A stretch of DNA of 62,569 nucleotides, the filler included, from Squatina squatina (Eukaryota), in the NCBI GenBank assembly GCA_031763465.1. It is 4 parts of 4 records of this genome, joined end to end, with 100 filler letters (N's around TTAATTAATTAA, not from the genome) between each part and the next. Parts side by side here need not be neighbours in the genome. Positions count along the whole stretch, not along the records: positions 14,481 to 34,262 come from JARFOE010000001.1; positions 34,363 to 49,451 come from JARFOE010000016.1; 2 more parts are not named here. One strand, given 5' to 3'. Of the stretch, positions 26,869 to 40,493 are shown piece after piece. The notes under the pieces are model-generated. The model saw only the letters and a program-made list of their open reading frames with translations. It made no database searches and was not told the DNA's origin. Made by a program: the position numbers and the translations under genes. How positions within the stretch are numbered: the stretch's first letter is position 1; each line of letters starts with the position of its first letter.

Positions 26869-29800
26869 GTCACGGTTGGGGCTATTGTTAGATATTGGAT
26901 TGGACAGATATCTTATGCTCCCACTTCCCCCAGGTAAACCATCCGCATGATTATTCACATCTTATTTCCGTTAGGTTGCATTCTGTAAATAAAATTAAAT
27001 ACACATGTATATCACACTTCTATCACACAATGAAGGCTGTGCACTAATGTCCCACATTCATTTCTCTTCCAAGTTTTAACATACCAAACATGTGGTTCAG
27101 CAAAACCTGAAACCCTGAATTCTAACCAAATTGAGTTGAACTTCACTCAAGTGAAAACTCGACCATTCTGCCGCCAGAATCGCACAGTGCATTTTGCGAG
27201 CCAATTCAATTTCTGTGGCTTCCACTAACTGTCATGGAAACAGAGGGAAACTAGGTCTCTCAAGCTCCTATTATCANNNNNNNNNNNNNNNNNNNNNNNN
27301 NNNNNNNNNNNNNNNNNNNNNNNNNNNNNNNNNNNNNNNNNNNNNNNNNNNNNNNNNNNNNNNNNNNNNNNNNNNNCAAGCACCTATTATAAAATGCTTC
27401 CATTAATGGCAAAACAACTCCCACGTTCTCAGTTGCTGCTGCTGTTCAACTGATTCCCCCTGAGTTTTCCAAGTGATTCGAGACGCAGCAGTATACTGAC
27501 TGGGTAAATAGGCAGAAGGCAGAAAGGCTTAGTGTCCTATTTTAGAAAAATCCCATCCTTCTTGAGCAGCACATCAGCCTGCTGGGTAGTTCACGCATTT
27601 AATCTGCTTAGGTCATTGTGATGAGAATGGCCCTGACTATACTAAGAAGAAGCACCAAATGACTGTGAAGGGAAAAGGAATCAAAGATAAGCCCTTCAGT
27701 ACTTATTACCTTTATATAGCCTACTGAACAGAAGCTCACTTAATAAAAATTCAAGCTGCAATTTATTACTGCAACACTGTGCCGACTGATAACTGACTGT
27801 CTGATATTTCAATTTATATGTTGTGCCCTCATTAGGTCCCTACTATTCCACAAAACTCTGAATACGTTGTTCTCTTTGCCACTGTATAACTGGTTATGCT
27901 TCTACAGGACTGGCCCTGTCAGTTTTTCCAATCCCTTGAGAAGAATCACCCTAGTATAGACAACTAAACACACAACAAAGTTAAATAAATCAAAATGTCA
28001 GCCAAGACTAAGATCTGACCGCAGGTCCTCTAGTGCGGAAACCAAATCTCTCTTGTATGGGCTATTAGTCTGCACTGATTGACTTCCTCCAGCTTTCGTT
28101 ACTTCCTTTTGGAAAGTGGCTTACCTTCAATCAGCCTATCAGACGTTGAAACTCATTATAAATTAGAATCTTTATCCCAGTTCCCTGTATCGTTAACTGC
28201 TTCCTCCTCAATCTCCGCATTACTCTCAACCCAACTTCTTCAATATCTTTTACTATATCTCGAATGATGATAAAAAGATTAGGAAAATATTCAGTGAAAT
28301 AAGAACAGCAATAAAGGGTCTTATTTCAACAGATACTTTGAAGTTCATAGTAAGAATCTGCATTAACTTGATTATTGAGTATTCAACTGAAAACACCACA
28401 GTGTAATTAAACACTTTAAGAACAATGGGGTTGGAAATCCACGGGATTGGGGAGATAGAAAGAGAGGCTGAGGTGTAAGTGCCGGGATTCGCCCTCCCGG
28501 GGCCGCTACNNNNNNNNNNNNNNNNNNNNNNNNNNNNNNNNNNNNNNNNNNNNNNNNNNNNNNNNNNNNNNNNNNNNNNNNNNNNNNNNNNNNNNNNNNN
28601 NNNNNNNNNAACATAAAGGAATTCCTCTCTTGGTTTTCATTTCGATAGAAACGTGAGACTATGGCATTGCCGCACCTACAGTTTTGTTCCATTATCTTTT
28701 ATTTCATTATCACATCCTATTTTAGCCAAACATGGCTCAGTGTTGAAACAGATAAACTCAGTCTGGCTTATCTATATCTGTTTCTGGAGCATTTATTAGG
28801 AGCAATACAAGATGATCCATTTGCTAATTTAAACACTTTGGAATTAAATTGGGAAAATAATTCAGGATCGCAAGTTGATCTTTACAACAGAATCCTTAGA
28901 TTATCAGCCCCACAGGTTTATAGCTAATTCCACATAGCTTTTTGTGATTCACTATATATTATTAATTCAATAATTGCCGGAGTCACTATCTCAATTTCTC
29001 CCCACTTTATTTGATTGGCTTTCATTTATTGTGTTGAAACTGGAGAATTAATGCTGTTCAAGGCAATTAATGCCTTGCAGGATGTGAAAAATTAATGAGA
29101 GCCCCTCACTGTGCATTGTGGAGTGCCATAAATCTCCAGCATTAGCACAAGTAATTGAAATGGTTCTTATATAGTGACATAGCTAAAGTAATCCATTTTA
29201 AATATTATGTGAAATATTCATCATTTACAGTTACGTTGTCCTTTCAAGAATGCTTCAAAATTAAGCAAAGCTCAAAAGCACAGCTCTATCGAATTTTTAA
29301 TGAAATCTCTGCCACTAAAGGTTAGATATCGCTAGATAACACAGTTGTATTCAATATATATGATTAACAAAGTCCCAGACCGAAATTAATATTGCACTGG
29401 CTGACAGACAAGATACAATATGCCCTGAGAGAGTTGCANNNNNNNNNNNNNNNNNNNNNNNNNNNNNNNNNNNNNNNNNNNNNNNNNNNNNNNNNNNNNN
29501 NNNNNNNNNNNNNNNNNNNNNNNNNNNNNNNNNNNNNNCTTCGAGCCTGCTCCGCCATTCAATATGATCATGGCTGATCCTCTAAATTCAGTACCCTGTT
29601 CCCGCTTTCTCCCCATATTCCTTGATGGGGCATGATAACGCCAGGTTTTCTTGCACCAGATGGCTTAAATCTGCATCTGGGTATCTGCTGACCCAGAGCC
29701 TGTGAGCCAGCCCTGTAATGCCAGTGACTGTTAGATTCGGCCTGTCTGTAAATCTGGGCACAGTCTGCCTCAGGGGCAGCCTGACATGCCTGATATCCTT

Positions 29801-32800
29801 GCATTGCTCCTCATCTTCTTCCCTCAAAAAATATAAGTAAAGAGACATTCTCATTGGGAAACCCATTGGCACAATATTGTGGATGTACCAGTAAAATGCC
29901 AGTGGAAGAATATTTGGCACATAGCCTGCTGACTAAGTAGAATTGGAAAAGAAACAAATAAAAGAATGAGAAAGAGGCCAGAAATGTTCTCAAAATGTGG
30001 CTACAAATGTTAATATAAGCTGCTTTAAATGCACTTCCATAAAACAACATACCCTAGCAGCACACCAGTTTATACTGGTGGGTATAACTGATTGCTATAC
30101 GAGTGAAAAGACCAGGAAATCACAAGGACGTCTGAATAATACTGCTGGAGACAAATTTCAACATAATTAGCTTCAAACTGGCAGACGGTTCTGGTGGCAG
30201 TACAAAACCTGAATGGAAAATTGGATGGGACATTAAATTGGTGGAAATCTGGTGTAACAGACTGCTATCTAGTTTTCCAATCAGTTAGATTAATCAAGTG
30301 TAACCAATTGCAGAATCTACCTCATCTTGTGCAGAATTTGTTGATGTAACATGAAGTTCTGCTCGAGTGGCATCATGAATGGAAAGTGTTTCTCGCAGGA
30401 GCAGAACTTCATGGTGTCACTTCAGGGAACAGCTGCAACCCACAGTAAATATTCCCAGCTTGTATCTAATTGTAAAGCACTATATCCAGAAGCCTCTGAA
30501 AGACATCAACAGGTATACAAACTTCCGCTCTAACAGCAACATTTAGTCTTAGGTGACAGTTCAGCAGAATTCACATTCCCTTTACAGATCTATTGGAATG
30601 AATCTGTGGTCCGGTGTCCCCAGCAGTGAGCAGCATTCACAGTCACAGAACCCATGACTTCCCACCCATTCTTTTTAATGGTGGACTGCATGTCTGTGAT
30701 TTCCCAAAATACGTTCCTTGTAAGTGGCATTCACCACTGATGGTAAAATCAGCCTTTATAAAATTCCAGACCTTATTGTGGGAATTTTAACCCCCAAGAG
30801 CAGGTGGTTTGGGGGCGGGTGGGTAGTTAAAATAGGTGAATTTGTGATTGCATCTGCAACCCAGCCCTAACACCCAGCCCTAAACCAGCAGGGTTTATAG
30901 GAGGCAGGTTTGAATGCCTGAGAGCAATGGTCCCTCCAAAGTACCGGTGTTAANNNNNNNNNNNNNNNNNNNNNNNNNNNNNNNNNNNNNNNNNNNNNNN
31001 NNNNNNNNNNNNNNNNNNNNNNNNNNNNNNNNNNNNNNNNNNNNNNNNNNNNNGGGGAGATATGTAGCTAATTCGATGCTACCTAACTTACACCATCGCC
31101 CAAAGTTAAACTGAAAAGCACCAGCTTTAGTAAGTTTTACAGATTTCAACTCATTAAGTACATCATTACCTCCTAAGCAAACAGCATTATTGTAAGGACA
31201 ACATGATTGGCTATTCAGTTAAGCATCAATTATTAGTACATTCAAACTCCCACAAGGCCAAAAGATTAAAATAGTGCATTGCATCATGTGAATTATAACC
31301 CATTAAAATTAAGTCACCCTTATTTAAGATATTTGTTGTGAAATTAATATTCATCATATAATAATGTTGAATAAAAACATAGAATTCATGCATTATATTC
31401 CCGAATCTACTTCTGAAAAAAGAAATCTTCGTTAACAAGACAGTAATTGCAACCAAAACACTGTAAGCAATTAGCACACCACCTGCAACACAACAGGGAT
31501 TTAATGGCTCCATGTACCCATGGAAATCAAGCTCATATCAGCTTTGGAACAGATTTTCTTAGACACCCAAAGGCATTATATTTTTGAGCATGAGTTTTCC
31601 CTGCTATTTTAATGAAGATCATAGAATGGAAATCACGAGCCCACATGTGCACCCATTTGAGAACAAATACAAATCATTTGGCTTCGGGGGAAACAAGCTT
31701 CACAATTCAGCTGCAGCAAGAAGGCACGAACATATTCAGCATAAAGTCCCAAAAATGGTGATAATACCATTCAAAAAAGATATGTTGCGCTGACGCAGTA
31801 TAGCTTATGGGAGGAATATTTCACTCCACAACTGTGAGACCATCATGCTTTCATCAGTCAAAGACTGGCTCTTCATAATCATAACCAGTGATATCAACAT
31901 GTATCTAGATAGGCACATAGTATGAACTATGAAAACCATCTTGTGGATTACTTTTAGGAATACTTGTCAAATAAAAACTCCAAACGTGATTTGGTAGGCA
32001 GTTGTCTGCACTTCTATTGGACAAACAGTAAAGGCTGCTAGGTATCACGAGGCTAGAATACAAAGATGACAACCTTAGCCAAATAGGTTGAGTGAAGAAT
32101 AATCACAATATCAAAGTTATTTGAAAAGATATCGTGCATGGTTGCTACTATTAGTGTCCTCTCTCTGAGAGTAGTGGCGAGGCTTTCACCTTAAGCATAA
32201 AACTCTACAAATGCTTCATAAGCTGGGTGCACTGTTAATTTTTTGCTGCATACAACTTGATATGATTTTTTTCAACCGCTGTAAGAATCAGCTGAAGGCA
32301 TCTTATTGTGCTGAAATTAAATAATCACTATGCCTTAAAGAATTCACTTAAATAACATAGCATACATAATCCTGTAAACTATTGCTGGACACCAACTCCA
32401 CAATACCATGTCAGTTATGCGGTGAAGAGTGCACTCAAAAGATAAAATGTAAGAGCAAATCCATGGTGGTAGGTCAGGTTATTAAAGGGTAGACATTGTA
32501 CTCGACTCTACAGCCTAAAAATTCGGGCCATTTACACCTCACGTGGGTNNNNNNNNNNNNNNNNNNNNNNNNNNNNNNNNNNNNNNNNNNNNNNNNNNNN
32601 NNNNNNNNNNNNNNNNNNNNNNNNNNNNNNNNNNNNNNNNNNNNNNNNTTACAATACATTTTAATAACCATAGGGCTGTATTAATAACCAAAAGGAAACA
32701 GAAATCATTATAATCCCTTTGGAAGAGCACCAGGCTGCTAACATAGATTGTGCCACAAGTTTCAAGGCATCAATTCAGCGTCAAAGGGATGGCACTCAGC

Positions 32801-33152
32801 ACCATCAACAAGTGGGTATCATTTGCTTTGAACAACAGGAACCAACAGAAATGTGTATAAAAAGTCAGAGGGTACAATCTCACAGTGCCACACGCTATAA
32901 GAAGATGCTCCCTTTCAAACATAAATAACTCATTCAAATGCAATGCTTGTATTTTATTCCTTTCCACTTGCAGTTGCCAGATGCACCTTGACAAGAGTTT
33001 TACAGTTTTCCCTCCTCAAATCCCAACTGTGGGGAAAAAAAATTAAATAGTAATTTCTCGTTGCTGCTCCAAGTGTTTATACGATGAGACAAGGCACTGT
33101 GGGATAAGGCACTGAGATTTTTCTCTTTTTAAGCCAGTCGTTGTATAAGACG

Positions 33153-33611
33153 TTAGACCTCCGAGCTGTCGCTGTTGTAGCTTTGCCCCGTGGTCACTGT
33201 CTCATTGCTGCCAGCACGTTTATCGTTCGACGACTGCTTCCCACTGGTGGAGCGGTTCCTGCGTTTCAACAGCAGGAAGATGATAGTGGCCATGCAGGCC
33301 AAGAGCAGCAGGCCCCCGGCTCCGCCCACCATGGCGAAGATGCTGCCTTCAGACTCCCTGCTGGTGGTGGGCACAAGTGGCTTCTGGTACTGCTCACCCT
33401 TGGGCAGATAGTCCTTCTGGGTGATGATGATTTTATTGGCACGGTCTAGTGCTATGTGCTGGATATTGGTGCCTCTGCTATTCTCTGCTCCAATGTCCTG
33501 GGTAACATCAGGTTCCTGTGGTGCTGATCGGCGGCTGCGACTGAATCCCACACTGTTGGAAATGCTTCCTGTGGACGACACTGAATGGTGCAGAAACTCC
33601 AAACTTCTCTT
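33153..33611 (-). CDS. FRAS1-related extracellular matrix protein (FREM2/FREM3 type), last exon, partial; FREM3 favoured by linkage to MARCHF1
   Basis: IGAENSRGTNIQHIALDR signature, furin-like RSRR, hydrophobic helix IFAMVGGAGGLLLLACMATIIFLLL, basic KRR, C-terminal DSSEV stop. Confidence 0.88.
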   Translation of the reverse strand, partial: KRSLEFLHHSVSSTGSISNSVGFSRSRRSAPQEPDVTQDIGAENSRGTNIQHIALDRANKIIITQKDYLPKGEQYQKPLVPTTSRESEGSIFAMVGGAGGLLLLACMATIIFLLLKRRNRSTSGKQSSNDKRAGSNETVTTGQSYNSDSSEV

Positions 33612-33711
33612 NNNNNNNNNNNNNNNNNNNNNNNNNNNNNNNNNNNNNNNNNNNNNNNNNNNNNNNNNNNNNNNNNNNNNNNNNNNNNNNNNNNNNNNNN
33701 NNNNNNNNNNN

Positions 33712-34080
33712 CACGGGAGTTTCAGGCCTCTGCTTAAGTGACTGGGCTGCAATTGGCAGATGCAGTATAATGCGGGGAAATGTCAGGTTATTCAGTTTCA
33801 TCGGTAGAATAGAAAAACAGAATATTTTTTAAATGGAGAGAAACTGTTAAATGTTGGTGTTCCGAGAGATTTAGGTGTCCTCATACAGGAAACACAGAGA
33901 GTCAGCCTGCAGGTACAGCAAACAACTAGGAAGGCAAATGGCATGTTTGCCTTTATTGCAGGGGGCTGGAGCACAAGAGTGAGGAAGTCTCACTACAATT
34001 ATACAGGGCTTTGCTGAGACCACACCTGGAGTACAGTTTTGGTCTCCTCATATGAGAAAGGATATAGTTGCCTTAGAGGC
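33712..34080 (+). mobile_element. CR1 LINE ORF2 3' fragment
   Basis: tggcagatgcagtataat (WQMQYN), agagatttaggtgtcctc (RDLGVL), ctgagaccacacctggagtac (LRPHLEY); degenerate. Confidence 0.85.
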
Positions 34081-34262
34081 CGCTCTACCTGAGGATAAAC
34101 GCATCATGGCTGCTGCCCGGGTACCATTCATCCACTGTGAGGATTCATCATGTGTGTGGTCACACATTTAGGGAATAGTAACCCTTCCTGTTGCAGAATA
34201 CCTCGGGATTCTGCTCTGGTGCCTTGAGGGCAACGTGCATATAATCGATTGCACCCTGAACC

Positions 34263-34362
34263 NNNNNNNNNNNNNNNNNNNNNNNNNNNNNNNNNNNNNN
34301 NNNNNNTTAATTAATTAANNNNNNNNNNNNNNNNNNNNNNNNNNNNNNNNNNNNNNNNNNNN
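34263..34362. other. Artificial scaffold spacer N44-TTAATTAATTAA-N44
   Basis: TTAATTAATTAA at 34307-34318. Confidence 0.97.
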
Positions 34363-34408
<46 letters not shown>

Positions 34409-34560
34409 ACAGAGAGGCCAGGAACTGAACAGGAGGAATAATCTGTGTACTAAAAGTGGCGAGTTCCCTTTAAAGCTGTTTGCCTAACTAGAGTCAGCTA
34501 ACCAAAAGGTAAAAGAGGATGAAATCGTTTGGAAAAGACCGATCCGCTCTGTCCGACTCA

Positions 34561-34713
<153 letters not shown>

Positions 34714-34917
34714 TTATGACAATCGCTGTCCACTCAGCCAGGGAACTGGCTGCAGCACTCTAGGAGTTCAGAGGTTCCTGTAATAGCCTCCTACACTATA
34801 CATATCTGCATTTCTGTACATAGAAAGTGGTGAGAATGCCGCTGCCACATGGAGAGGTTGGAGCAGATAGCATTGACACATTTAAGGGGAGACTTGATGA
34901 TGTATAGATGATGCATA

Positions 34918-35028
34918 CGACACGAGTCATCGTGAGGTCAGCGGGTCACAGTGATACGGCACGAGCCTTGAGGTCAGCGGGTCAGTGATACGGCACAAGT
35001 CATCGTGAGGTCAGCGGGTCACAGTGAA
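34918..35028. repeat. Short tandem repeat, about 3 copies of a 35-39 bp unit
   Basis: cacgagtcatcgtgaggtcagcgggtcacagtgatacgg repeated with small deletions. Confidence 0.9.
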
Positions 35029-35689
35029 ACATAGCAACGGCCCCATGCAGTTTGGGAGTCAGCTCATTCAGCAATAGGGTCACATGATCATGCAATATCT
35101 GAAAATGGTAAAACACATGAAGTTGTGTCTTCAAATCACAGGATCATTATGGATGAGGAAGGCAATTCAGCCCATCTTCGTTCATCTGTCCAGAAAGATC
35201 CCACAGTCTTCCCCATTGCAGCATCCATTATTTCTTTAATGTTTCCAGAGTTTAAGTACTGTATGCTGGAGTCCTTCCATGTGGTGATCAGTGTGTGTGA
35301 CGAATTTCCTGACATGAGCTGTACATTTACCTTTAAATAGTCTGATCCCATGTCCACTTACCCTACTTTTGTAATTTAATTTAAATTAATACCCCAGATT
35401 TACCTTTTCCAGACCATTTATCATCCAATACACCTCCAAAAGATCACCTCTAAGACACCGACTTTCTAGAGTCCAATTTTCTTCAGTCTTTCCCATAACC
35501 CAGACGTTAGGGATCAGTGTTGAGCCTCTTTCAGTGGTTGAATGTTTCCCATGTCTCAGTGACCGGGACTCAACGTGTGGTCTGACTGAGCACTGTGCAT
35601 TTCAAATCACGACTTCTGCTGACTTGCATGTCAATGTAGTGCAACAACTTTCCGAACAGCCAGGAAAAGTTGTGGGGGGAGGGGGGGGT

Positions 35690-35903
35690 AGTACTGATAT
35701 TGGATAGGGTAAAAATAGATAGAAAGGAGGCGGTAAATAGTGTGACATCAGTCCATGTAGAAAAGTCACCCAGTCCAGATGGGATGCATCCTAGGTTGCT
35801 GAGGGAAGCTAGGGTGGAGATAGCTGAAGCTCTGACCACAATCTTTCAATCCTACTTGGATAAGGGAGTGGTGCCAGGAAACAGGAGGATTGCAGATTTT
35901 ACA
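35690..35903 (+). mobile_element. CR1 LINE RT N-terminal fragment
   Basis: KSPSPDGMHPRLLREARVEIAEALTTIFQSYLDKGVVP. Confidence 0.85.
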
Positions 35904-36598
35904 NNNNNNNNNNNNNNNNNNNNNNNNNNNNNNNNNNNNNNNNNNNNNNNNNNNNNNNNNNNNNNNNNNNNNNNNNNNNNNNNNNNNNNNNNNNNNNNNN
36001 NNNATCAGCTAACATAGAAGGGAAATTGGGTGGTCAGCAGTTTGGTAGGAATAGGGTTGAGGGAGCAGAAGGTGGGTCTCAAGGACAAGGTGAGCTCGGA
36101 GAGGGCTTGAGGGCAGATAGGAGAGAAACTCGAGAAAGATGAGAGTTCAGGAATTCATTAATGTCCTTTAGGAAAGGGAACCTGCCACCCCTACCTGGTC
36201 TGGCTCCAACCCTAGGTGCTTGGCTCTTAATGCCCTCAGGGAAACTAGGGATGGACAATGAAGTATTGACTTGCTGGTATGGCCCACAAACCCAAGAACA
36301 AGTAATAAAACAAAAGCTCCTTCTGATAGAGAGTTAGCTGATCGCAGATGAAGTGGCAGTAGAAGGTGCTACAATTGGCCTCAGCACCCCGTGCAAGGGA
36401 GTGGGAAAGAAAATCAGCCTGGGAATGCTTCTCCTCATTACTGCCAACGTTTTCTATGCGGAAAGTGTGTTTCAGAAGTTGATATGAACAAGATTGTGAT
36501 ACACATTCATTCTTTTATATTTATACCTAGACATACACACGTCGAGCCTCAGCAAAGTTCATAGGCGACACAAAGAACCCAAGTACCCACGGACGTAC

Positions 36599-36707
36599 CT
36601 ATTGGCAGCGAACACTCTCCACGGGCATTCAACTCCTCCAGAATGATGGTCATTAGCGGGACCAGTTTCTGCTTGCTGTCCTCATTGGAGATGAAACCAC
36701 TCTCCAG
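36599..36707 (-). CDS. NPRL2: NPRL2, internal exon
   Basis: ttctag|[36 protein letters not shown](D)|gtacgt; 109 bp. Confidence 0.93.
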
Positions 36708-37782
36708 CTAGAAAAAGAAAGCTATTCTTATTAATCAGACTACGCAGTGCCAGAGCAAGCCACTTCGTCTAGCCCAAAACATGTTACAAAGTCCGCTTTC
36801 AGCAATGCCCAATGGGATGAGGCTGCCCTGTTTGACACTTGACCCCCTTACTGACGGCGGAGAGGAGATTTCCGTCAGACTGGGCTGGGGCTTCAACCAC
36901 CGAAGCCTCGGGCTGAAAACACAACACTAACCCACTGTGCCACCTAGTTCCAGACAGTTTTAAAACACTTTGGCATGTATGTCGGCCCAAATATGGAGTT
37001 CAGCATATAACTTTACCAGCTTCATTCTGTAGTGCCCCAACCACTTTGGCAAAATGGACGCAGGAGAACTGCACACCAATGTTCCCCTTAAGGTGCACTT
37101 TGTTCTGCGTGGCTTGTTCCTCTTAATGTGGTCCCTCGAAATTTCTGCACGTGTGGTACTTACAATGTAAAAGCTGGTGAGCAGCCTGCGCAGGACCTTT
37201 GAGATTACCGCACGGCCGCGTACCTTAGCGAGAGCATTACATAGAAACATAGAAAATAGGTGCAGGAGTAGGCCATTAGGCCCTTCGAGCCTGCACCGCC
37301 ATTCAATATGANNNNNNNNNNNNNNNNNNNNNNNNNNNNNNNNNNNNNNNNNNNNNNNNNNNNNNNNNNNNNNNNNNNNNNNNNNNNNNNNNNNNNNNNN
37401 NNNNNNNNNNNACTTCCTTAGAGCTGGGAAGAGCACAAACAAGGAGAGGGAAAGTTGGACTCAGAGGTGGAGAGACTGATGTAGGACATGGATAAGTTGG
37501 AGGCAGATGTCTTGAAGACAAAAGGATGGACAGCAACAGGAGCAGAAGACTGATTAGAATCCCTAGAGTGAAGGAGCTGACGGACAGAGTGGGGATAAAA
37601 TCTGCCGTTGGCCACAGTGCTAGAATGGAATAGAGCAAATGTAAAGGGAAAGCTGCTGCCAAAAGTGCAGCTTTCTCTTTCAGAGGGTTAGTCCAATTGC
37701 CAGAACAGAAGAGGCAGGAAAGGAGGGTTCACAGAAGTTTTGAGACATGCAGAAATGTAACCGTTCTTCTGTTTTTTCCTAG

Positions 37783-38286
37783 TTTTCCTTCATTATGACT
37801 CAAGCCATTCTGCTGTTCTCTCCAGAGAGTTCCCCTATTCTGTCCTACTCGAGGAAAATCAAAGTCCGATCCCACTGGGTGTTGCAGGGGCTGGCCACGG
37901 TGTGTGCTGTCCTAGGTTTGGCCATTATCAGCTGTAACAAATACCTGAACGACAAACCGCATTTTACAAGCTGGCACGGTGTGGTTGGCCTAGTGACCGT
38001 TCTGTACATTTGCCTGCAGTCTGTCGGTGGGGTGTCACTGCTGTACCCCAAACTCATGAGACAATGGTCTCTGTCCAAACTGAAAGTCTACCACGCCACC
38101 TCCGGACTGGTCGGTTACCTGCTGGGCTGCACCAGTCTGCTGCTGGGCATGTGTTCAGCATGGTTCACCGAGACCGTGACTGGTATTAGCTGGTACCTGG
38201 CAGTTTGCTGCCCAGTCCTGTTGGCATTGGTCCTCATGAACCAAATGAACAGTGCCTACTTGAAGAAAAAGAGGATGCAGCCTTGA
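37783..38286 (+). CDS. CYB561D2: Cytochrome b561 family member D2, last coding exon
   Basis: cctag|[17 protein letters not shown]...HWVLQ...WHG...[13 protein letters not shown]...KKRMQP stop; heme-ligand histidines kept; divergent from NPRL2 as in human. Confidence 0.95.
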   Translation, partial: FSFIMTQAILLFSPESSPILSYSRKIKVRSHWVLQGLATVCAVLGLAIISCNKYLNDKPHFTSWHGVVGLVTVLYICLQSVGGVSLLYPKLMRQWSLSKLKVYHATSGLVGYLLGCTSLLLGMCSAWFTETVTGISWYLAVCCPVLLALVLMNQMNSAYLKKKRMQP

Positions 38287-40493
38287 ATAAACTTCCGTCC
38301 CGTCTNNNNNNNNNNNNNNNNNNNNNNNNNNNNNNNNNNNNNNNNNNNNNNNNNNNNNNNNNNNNNNNNNNNNNNNNNNNNNNNNNNNNNNNNNNNNNNN
38401 NNNNNCTCATCTGGGCAGCTAACAGGGAAGCAGCTGGGGAGAATTAAATAGCTTTCCAAAGTATTTCGTACCTCTCCCTGCCCAAGCTGGAACTACCACT
38501 GGTTGCCCCTTCCTGCAAATGCAGATGGCAGCAGAGCAGGGGGGAAGCGGGGGGGTTCACAGGGCTGGCTTTCGATCCCATTTATCTCCCCCGTTTGCTG
38601 TTGCTCCAAGGAAGCCCGGTGATACACCTGAAGTGGAGACTGCACTGGTCCCAAATGTCAGAATTGAAGGGAGAGGGCCCCACTGGGACTGGAGTGGGAC
38701 TTGAACCCACAAACCTCTGACCCCGAGACGGTACCAATACACACCAGCAATCACTCGCAATTTCTCTTAAAGGAATGAGGTGAAATCCCTGCAACTTTTG
38801 TCACAATCTTCCACTATACCGGCCGCTTACGACAAGCTTGTGCCTCACTGCACGCGTTATAACAACACATCATGGACCTACATTCAGGACCCTTTTATAA
38901 GCTAGTTTCCTGGGTCGGTTTGTGCAGCGCTGCTCAAGGCCGATACAGCTGACCAGAGACCCTCAGCCCTGACATAGCGGTGTGACGACAAGCAAGCTCT
39001 TCAGAGATGGCCCTCTCTTACCTGATGACTTTCATCGGCGAAGACATTGTGTCCGGTCACTTTACTGAAGAGTGTCACAGGAATTCCAACCTGCTGGTCA
39101 GCCACTTGTTCAAAGATATTATTGGTCCTGGTCAAACACAACAACAGACGCATTGACGGTTGACACCGGTCTGGAGGTGTGCACTGTGTGATACTAGCGT
39201 ACCGACATCACTAAAACAGATTATCTGGTCGTTATCACATTACCAAAACATAAGAACATANNNNNNNNNNNNNNNNNNNNNNNNNNNNNNNNNNNNNNNN
39301 NNNNNNNNNNNNNNNNNNNNNNNNNNNNNNNNNNNNNNNNNNNNNNNNNNNNNNNNNNNNAGAAACCAGTGCAAGTCATATTCTTGAAAATCTGATCAAT
39401 CTTACATCCCTGAATTCCTTTTGCCTAACAATAAATTCCATACAGTAGCATTTACCTTGGTTCGCTGTAATTTACTCATGAAAGAATCAAACCGCGTTTT
39501 TATATTGTCTAGTGCCCATCAACTACTGTCATTAAGAAATAACAATGAGCTTCATAGCAATGTGGGGCAATATTGATCGTTCTCTCACTCTGCAGTTTTA
39601 ACTGTCGAAAGTGTGAAAGAAAAGTCAACAGAACAGAATTAAAAATACAACGTTAGACGCAGCTTTACTGACAATTCAGAACTTTCTTCATACAACCAAT
39701 ATTTTTTTTAAAAAAACCAAACAAATGAAAGGTCAAAGTTCAGCACTGGCCTAAAATTCCACTTGGAAGGAATAAAAGGGCTATTATGGTAAATGGTAAA
39801 AACAGACTACAGAATTAGACAACTAAAAGTTCTGGTGCAGACACACATTTGTTTGGTTTAGCAATCATTGTCCCAAAGACACTTGAACTGAATTGGCAGT
39901 CCCAACAAGAGTTACACTTTATTTGAGGTGAAGCAGTCTCTCTCANNNNNNNNNNNNNNNNNNNNNNNNNNNNNNNNNNNNNNNNNNNNNNNNNNNNNNN
40001 NNNNNNNNNNNNNNNNNNNNNNNNNNNNNNNNNNNNNNNNNNNNNNNNNNNNNNNNNNNNNNNNNNNNNNNNNNNNNNNNNNNNNNNNNNNNNNNNNNNN
40101 NNNNNNNNNNNNNNNNNNNNNNNNNNNNNNNNNNNNNNNNNNNNNNNNNNNNNNNNNNNNNNNNNNNNNNNNNNNNNNNNNNNNNNNNNNNNNNNNNNNN
40201 NNNNNNNNNNNNNNNNNNNNNNNNNNNNNNNNNNNNNNNNNNNNNNNNNNNNNNNNNNNNNNNNNNNNNNNNNNNNNNNNNNNNNNNNNNNNNNNNNNNN
40301 NNNNNNNNNNNNNNNNNNNNNNNNNNNNNNNNNNNNNNNNNNNNNNNNNNNNNNNNNNNNNNNNNNNNNNNNNNNNNNNNNNNNNNNNNNNNNNNNNNNN
40401 NNNNNNNNNNNNNNNNNNNNNNNNNNNNNNNNNNNNNNNNNNNNNNNNNNNNNNNNNNNNNNNNNNNNNNNNNNNNNNNNNNNNNNNNNNNNN

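Noticed and set aside
27000-33100. Searched for APELA or SMIM31, which lie near MARCHF1 in mammals
   Set aside because: No HSRVPFP-like or SMIM31-like reading found by eye; ORF 29588-29920 runs into a LINE tail and matches nothing I recognise
34363-34408. 46-nt poly-C tract (possible G-quadruplex or i-motif)
   Set aside because: At a contig end beside a spacer; probably a poly-G read artefact
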